Below are positions 52,740 to 56,276 of a stretch of DNA of 56,276 nt, in pieces (the first letter of the stretch is position 1; each line of letters starts with the position of its first letter). Both the position numbers and the translations under genes were made by a program. The notes under the pieces were generated by a model. It saw nothing but the letters and a program-made list of their open reading frames with translations. It was not told the origin of the DNA and did no database searches. This stretch comes from an uncultured Candidatus Saccharibacteria bacterium (GTDB lineage: Bacteria > Patescibacteriota > Minisyncoccia > Phycocordibacterales > CAIRYW01): NCBI GenBank assembly GCA_964446625.1, contig CAYUPH010000006.1, positions 1 to 56,276 of the forward strand, in the 5' to 3' direction.

Positions 52740-52904
52740 TTACTCTCCGAGTCTCCACCCAAGCCAGATTCCTGCAAAGGCGCCAAGTGCCGAGAAAATT
52801 ATTGATGAAAAAGAAAACACACTAGCACCCCAAAGACTTGGAATGAAGCTTCCGACTATTGAACCTACCGACAAAAATAACCACACGAGTGCTTTTCTAC
52901 TCAT
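52740..52904 (-). CDS. Candidate 54-aa two-TM Gly/Ser-rich membrane peptide (below the ORF-track cutoff)
   Basis: ATG..TAA encoding MSRKALVWLFLSVGSIVGSFIPSLWGASVFSFSSIIFSALGAFAGIWLGWRLGE. TATACT lies 6 nt upstream of the ATG. Confidence 0.45.
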   Translation of the reverse strand: MSRKALVWLFLSVGSIVGSFIPSLWGASVFSFSSIIFSALGAFAGIWLGWRLGE

Positions 52905-52940
52905 GTGTATAGTATACAGGGAGAAAACATTTTTTTAAAT

Positions 52941-53015
52941 TGGGGCGACTAGAGAGAATCGAACTCTCGATACCGGATCCACAGACCGGAGTTTTACCAC
53001 TAAACTATAGCCGCC
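52941..53015 (-). tRNA. tRNA-His (GUG) with encoded G-1 and encoded 3' CCA
   Basis: Reverse complement G-GCGGCUA UA GUUU AGUGGUA AAAC U CCGGU CUGUGGA UCCGG UAUC GAGAG UUCGAUU CUCUC UAGUCGC C CCA. Confidence 0.9.
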
Positions 53016-53058
53016 ATACCACCAAGTTATATCAAACTTTTAGAAAATTTGAAAGCTC

Positions 53059-53826
53059 CTACTTAAAAGCAGGCAGGAGATACGGGGAAAGCTTTGCGTA
53101 ATCTATTGTTACAATCGGTGTACCTACCACATGTGGACCCACTTGGTAATCAGAAAATCTCACTTTAAACCCTGACTCAGAGAGCATGAACGCTCCGAAG
53201 TTTTCTAGACTTGGCGCTGTTCCAGCCAAGGCTTCTGTATATGTTTGAAGTTTAGGATCGGTTTCTTTCAACTCAGCTAAAGATTCATCTGAAAGCGCTT
53301 TGAGGTAATTAGTTTTTTGATCAAACACCTCAGAGAGAGTTAGTCTTTTTCCCGTTTTCAAATCAAAAACAAAAGATTCAAGAGCAGTAATTCCATGCGC
53401 TCCTCCTGTATAAACATAATCTTCAAACATCACATTTGCCACAGACAGCTTTTTGTTTACTTCTGCCTCATAGCGGATAGTCAGGTTTAATCCTAGGTCC
53501 CCTCTTCCTTCTGCGTAAGGCTCTTTTAGAATGGTTTCGAACTCAACTTTTTCGTCAGCAATTATCTTTTCTACCTCACCCTTGATAGTTTGATTTATTT
53601 TCTCTACCGTCGGTGCACTTCCCTCAAAAACTGGATACTCAACATCAATCTCGTACTTTCCTGCTGTCGTTTCTTTTATAGTCTGTTTTTTTTGCGTTAC
53701 TTCACCTACGTTTTCTACTCGAGTTTCTTCTGGCGGAGTAGGAACAGGATCCTCTTCAAAAACAAAGACATAAATAGCCGCCATCACAAACACGATAAAA
53801 AAGAGAATTAGATGAGATTTTTTCAT
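53059..53826 (-). CDS. Membrane-anchored DUF4163/DUF3298 (RsiV/PdaC-type) domain protein
   Basis: N-terminal TM and the hallmark YVYTGGAHG. Confidence 0.8.
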   Translation of the reverse strand: MKKSHLILFFIVFVMAAIYVFVFEEDPVPTPPEETRVENVGEVTQKKQTIKETTAGKYEIDVEYPVFEGSAPTVEKINQTIKGEVEKIIADEKVEFETILKEPYAEGRGDLGLNLTIRYEAEVNKKLSVANVMFEDYVYTGGAHGITALESFVFDLKTGKRLTLSEVFDQKTNYLKALSDESLAELKETDPKLQTYTEALAGTAPSLENFGAFMLSESGFKVRFSDYQVGPHVVGTPIVTIDYAKLSPYLLPAFK

Positions 53827-53852
53827 AGAGTTTAATTATATCACAAACTTTG

Positions 53853-53936
53853 TGCGCGAGGGGAGATTTGAACTCCCACGCCCTTACGAGCGCTACCACC
53901 TCAAGGTAGTGCGTCTACCAGTTTCGCCACCCGCGC
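53853..53936 (-). tRNA. tRNA-Leu (GAG), long variable arm, CCA not encoded
   Basis: Reverse complement GCGCGGG UG GCGA AACUGGUAGA CGC A CUACC UUGAGGU GGUAG CGCUCGUAAGGGCGU GGGAG UUCAAAU CUCCC CUCGCGC A. Confidence 0.9.
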
Positions 53937-53988
53937 ATTTTTATAGCCTCCCCTACTATACTTAAGATTTTATCTATTTTCAACTTCT

Positions 53989-54020
53989 AAAACAAAAGAC
54001 CCCTTTCGGGGTCTTTTGTT
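53989..54020 (-). terminator. Intrinsic terminator after rplS
   Basis: aaaacaaaagacccc tttc ggggtcttttgtttt. Confidence 0.85.
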
Positions 54021-54425
54021 TTAAGCTTCTACTTCTTTTGCTTCTTCGCTTTGTGTTGGTTCGTCTGCTCTTACCATCTCCATCTTCATTCGTTTATTCA
54101 TTTCTTTCTGAGCTTTTCGTCTAACGAAGTATAGTTTTGATCGTCGGACTTTTGCGTGTTTTGTTACTTCGATTTTATCGATAAGTGGAGAGTATAGTGG
54201 GAAAATCTTTTCAACTCCGTATCCACCCGCAACTCGTCTTACTGTAAATGTTGCTCCAGCTTCAGCACCGTGTTTTCGAGCAAGCACAAGACCTTCGAAC
54301 ATTTGAATTCGAGTTTTCCCTTTTTCTTGAATTTTCTGGTACACCTTTACAGTGTCTCCTGATTTCATAAGGAGATTCTTTCTTTCTTCAACGTTTACTG
54401 GCGATGTCTTTGCTGTTGCTTTCAT
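54021..54425 (-). CDS. rplS: 50S ribosomal protein L19 (with basic/acidic C-terminal extension)
   Basis: [66 protein letters not shown]. Confidence 0.95.
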   Translation of the reverse strand: MKATAKTSPVNVEERKNLLMKSGDTVKVYQKIQEKGKTRIQMFEGLVLARKHGAEAGATFTVRRVAGGYGVEKIFPLYSPLIDKIEVTKHAKVRRSKLYFVRRKAQKEMNKRMKMEMVRADEPTQSEEAKEVEA

Positions 54426-54488
54426 AGCTTTTATTTATATGTTTGTAGGCGATACTTTATCACGCCCAGTCTATTTTATCAACCCCCT

Positions 54489-55232
54489 TTAGAGCTTTAT
54501 GAGGCAAAAACCCTCTAAATCCCACTTTTTAAGGGCTTTTTGGAAATCCTCTGGGAATGGTGCCTCTACCTCTACCTCTTTTCCCTCTGTATCTTTAAAG
54601 GTTAACTTACCCGCATGGAGCGCTTGCCTCGTAAACCCCAGAGATTCGACTCGTCTGCCTCCATACAGAAAATCAGCCACTATCGGGTGTCCAATAGATG
54701 AAAGATGGACTCTAATCTGGTGAGTCCTGCCAGTTTCTGGCCAAAGCACTGCAAACGATAGACCTTCACTGCTTTTGATTATCTTGTAACGAGTACGCGC
54801 TTCTCGAGCCTCGCCTCTAATTTTGTTCCCTGTCGCCCACTTGCGAATACTCTCAGTACTACGCCCGATAGCTCGGTCAATAATTCCTCTTTCGTCCCTT
54901 GGCTTTCCATGACAAAAAGCATAGTAAGTTTTTTTTACATTTCTGCTTTTAAATGCACTCTTGAAGTAGTCGAAACCTTCATTCGTGCGTGCAACAATAA
55001 GAAGACCTGTTGTGTCCTTGTCGAGCCTGTGTACAATTCCATGTCTTGGAACAAAGACACCAGGAGAAACCTCAAGTGACTCTCCTACCCCTTCTGCTTC
55101 TGGATACATATCTAACACAATATCTGCAACAGTTTCTTCTGTAGTTTTCCCATCGCTATGAACAGAAATATGTGCAGGCTTTAGAAGAACCGCGTAGTCC
55201 TTTTTTTCAAGTAAAATCTTTAGTTTAGGCAT
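54489..55232 (-). CDS. RluA-family pseudouridine synthase (no S4 domain)
   Basis: HRLDKDTTGLLIVA (catalytic Asp motif), KTYYAFCHG, GRTHQIRVHL. Confidence 0.9.
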   Translation of the reverse strand: MPKLKILLEKKDYAVLLKPAHISVHSDGKTTEETVADIVLDMYPEAEGVGESLEVSPGVFVPRHGIVHRLDKDTTGLLIVARTNEGFDYFKSAFKSRNVKKTYYAFCHGKPRDERGIIDRAIGRSTESIRKWATGNKIRGEAREARTRYKIIKSSEGLSFAVLWPETGRTHQIRVHLSSIGHPIVADFLYGGRRVESLGFTRQALHAGKLTFKDTEGKEVEVEAPFPEDFQKALKKWDLEGFCLIKL

Positions 55233-55235
55233 GTT

Positions 55236-56165
55236 TTACACAATCTCACCAGTCTTCAGTTTTCGGTGTGATTTGAGGAAAAAGTAACCGACAATTCCAA
55301 AAGTTGCAAGCGGTGAAAGCCACTCAGGTACATGCGCACCGAAAGCATGGAGTATCATGATTGCACCTAGAACGAAAATTGAGTACATTGCCCCATTTTT
55401 TATATAGATATATTTTTTTACTCTTTCAATATTTGAAATCGTAAACTTTCGCAAAACAAATGCTCCAATACCATTTCCTAGAAGAATGAGTGGTATAGAA
55501 AGAGTGAAAGCAAAAGCTCCAAGAACACCATCAATAGAAAAAGTGGAGTCAATCACTTCAAGATACAGAATTTTAGAAAAATCTGATTTTGCAGAAGAAT
55601 GTGATAACAAAGCCTTTTCACTTTCTTCTGCAGTTTGTTTAAAACCATGGGTCATAAAAAAAGCAGTTGATCCTATTACCGCACTAAACGCCATAACTGG
55701 ATTAACTTTGAGTGCAATCCACACAATGACAGAAAGAAAAATTGAAGCAATTGCATAAAACCATGCACCCTGAGAATGAAAAAACTTTTCTCCAAAAAGA
55801 CCGTAGTTTTTTGGTTCAAGAAAAAGCCAATGTAGGAAAAGGAAAACGAGGAATATTCCACCCCCAAGAAGGAGTACTGGTGCGCTTTTTTGAATTGAGT
55901 CGATAACTGCGGGATTGTTCGAAAACGAAGCGGTAAAGGATCCAATAAATCCAAGCGACGGATTTGTCGCAAAAACAATAACCCAAGGAAGTAATCCTCT
56001 TACAATAAAAACAGCAAAAAGTAGGCCCCAAAAAAGGAACCATTTTCGTGCTTTCGCTGACATTGTATCGAGGACCTCTGCGTTGACTATTGCATTGTCG
56101 ATACTTGAAATTATTTCAAACAATGCAAGTCCTCCTACTGTAAGTAACATGGGTACAATTTCCAT
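55236..56165 (-). CDS. Integral membrane protein, DUF475 / TerC-like family
   Basis: FEIISSIDNAIVNAEVL motif near the N-terminus, a second SIDGVLGAFAFT repeat, and ~8 TM. Confidence 0.8.
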   Translation of the reverse strand: MEIVPMLLTVGGLALFEIISSIDNAIVNAEVLDTMSAKARKWFLFWGLLFAVFIVRGLLPWVIVFATNPSLGFIGSFTASFSNNPAVIDSIQKSAPVLLLGGGIFLVFLFLHWLFLEPKNYGLFGEKFFHSQGAWFYAIASIFLSVIVWIALKVNPVMAFSAVIGSTAFFMTHGFKQTAEESEKALLSHSSAKSDFSKILYLEVIDSTFSIDGVLGAFAFTLSIPLILLGNGIGAFVLRKFTISNIERVKKYIYIKNGAMYSIFVLGAIMILHAFGAHVPEWLSPLATFGIVGYFFLKSHRKLKTGEIV

Positions 56166-56221
56166 AATCGGTATTATACATCGGGTTGATTTTTTTAGAA
56201 AATACGGTAAATTAGAGAAAC

Positions 56222-56276
56222 GCGCGATTAGCTCAGTTGGTAGAGCAACCCGTTTACACCGGGAAGGTCATAGGTT
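56222..56276 (+). tRNA. tRNA-Val (UAC), 5' ~55 nt (truncated by the window end)
   Basis: GCGCGAU UA GCUC AGUUGGUA GAGC A ACCCG UUUACAC CGGGA AGGUC AUAGGUU... Confidence 0.8.

Noticed and set aside
1-56276. Alternative genetic code (UGA recoding, as in some CPR lineages), CRISPR arrays, and self-splicing introns in the tRNA or rRNA parts.
   Set aside because: Long housekeeping ORFs (ileS at 1155 aa, ftsK, argS) are intact under the standard code, and TGA is used as a stop (for example at 25225). I saw no regularly spaced direct repeats. The tRNAs are colinear with canonical cloverleaves.

Overview
Gene-dense, low-GC bacterial chromosome segment, with about 60 protein genes, most on the minus strand. 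I ran no searches. Every call rests on reading the supplied translations and the DNA, and on motifs recalled from memory.

The backbone is housekeeping:
- the 5' end of a 23S rRNA gene with no 16S or tRNA upstream
- tRNA-His, tRNA-Leu and a partial tRNA-Val
- four aminoacyl-tRNA synthetases (metG, glyQS, ileS, argS)
- rpsF-ssb-rpsR, secE-nusG-rplK and rplS
- ftsK, recA, efp, recO, tmk, glyA, folD, msrA, rlmH and a class II photolyase

Several traits fit a reduced-genome lineage such as CPR/Patescibacteria (Parcubacteria-like), but this is inference only. They are the unlinked 23S, small genes with overlapping starts and stops, many secreted or surface proteins, no rplA after rplK, an IVS-type four-helix-bundle gene, and almost no Shine-Dalgarno motifs with -10 boxes 6-9 nt from ATGs.

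Most notable observations:
1. A 7-kb pyrimidine-deoxynucleotide/folate supercluster (36.6-43.8 kb). It is centred on a divergent ThyA-family enzyme whose uracil-specifying Asn is replaced by Asp, as in dCMP-specific enzymes. It sits beside dCMP deaminase, dcd, dut, a DHFR-fold protein, a tandem MazG-like protein with a Cys cluster, SHMT and tmk.
2. An isoleucyl-tRNA synthetase carrying an inserted histidine-phosphatase (PGAM-like) domain with the catalytic residues apparently intact.
3. A leaderless operon encoding a PKD/lamin-tail secreted protein, a 1011-aa beta-helix plus LCAT-like lipase, and three tandem paralogous 4-TM proteins sharing a DGGxCxxxCY motif. This may be an effector/immunity-like arrangement.
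4. A RayT/IS200-like Y1 transposase bracketed by inverted REP-like hairpins (a REPtron).
5. An inverted-repeat family that brackets the four-helix-bundle gene and recurs without cargo in the nusG-rplK spacer.
6. GC-rich unassigned segments at 24.5-25.7 kb and 47.25-47.64 kb.
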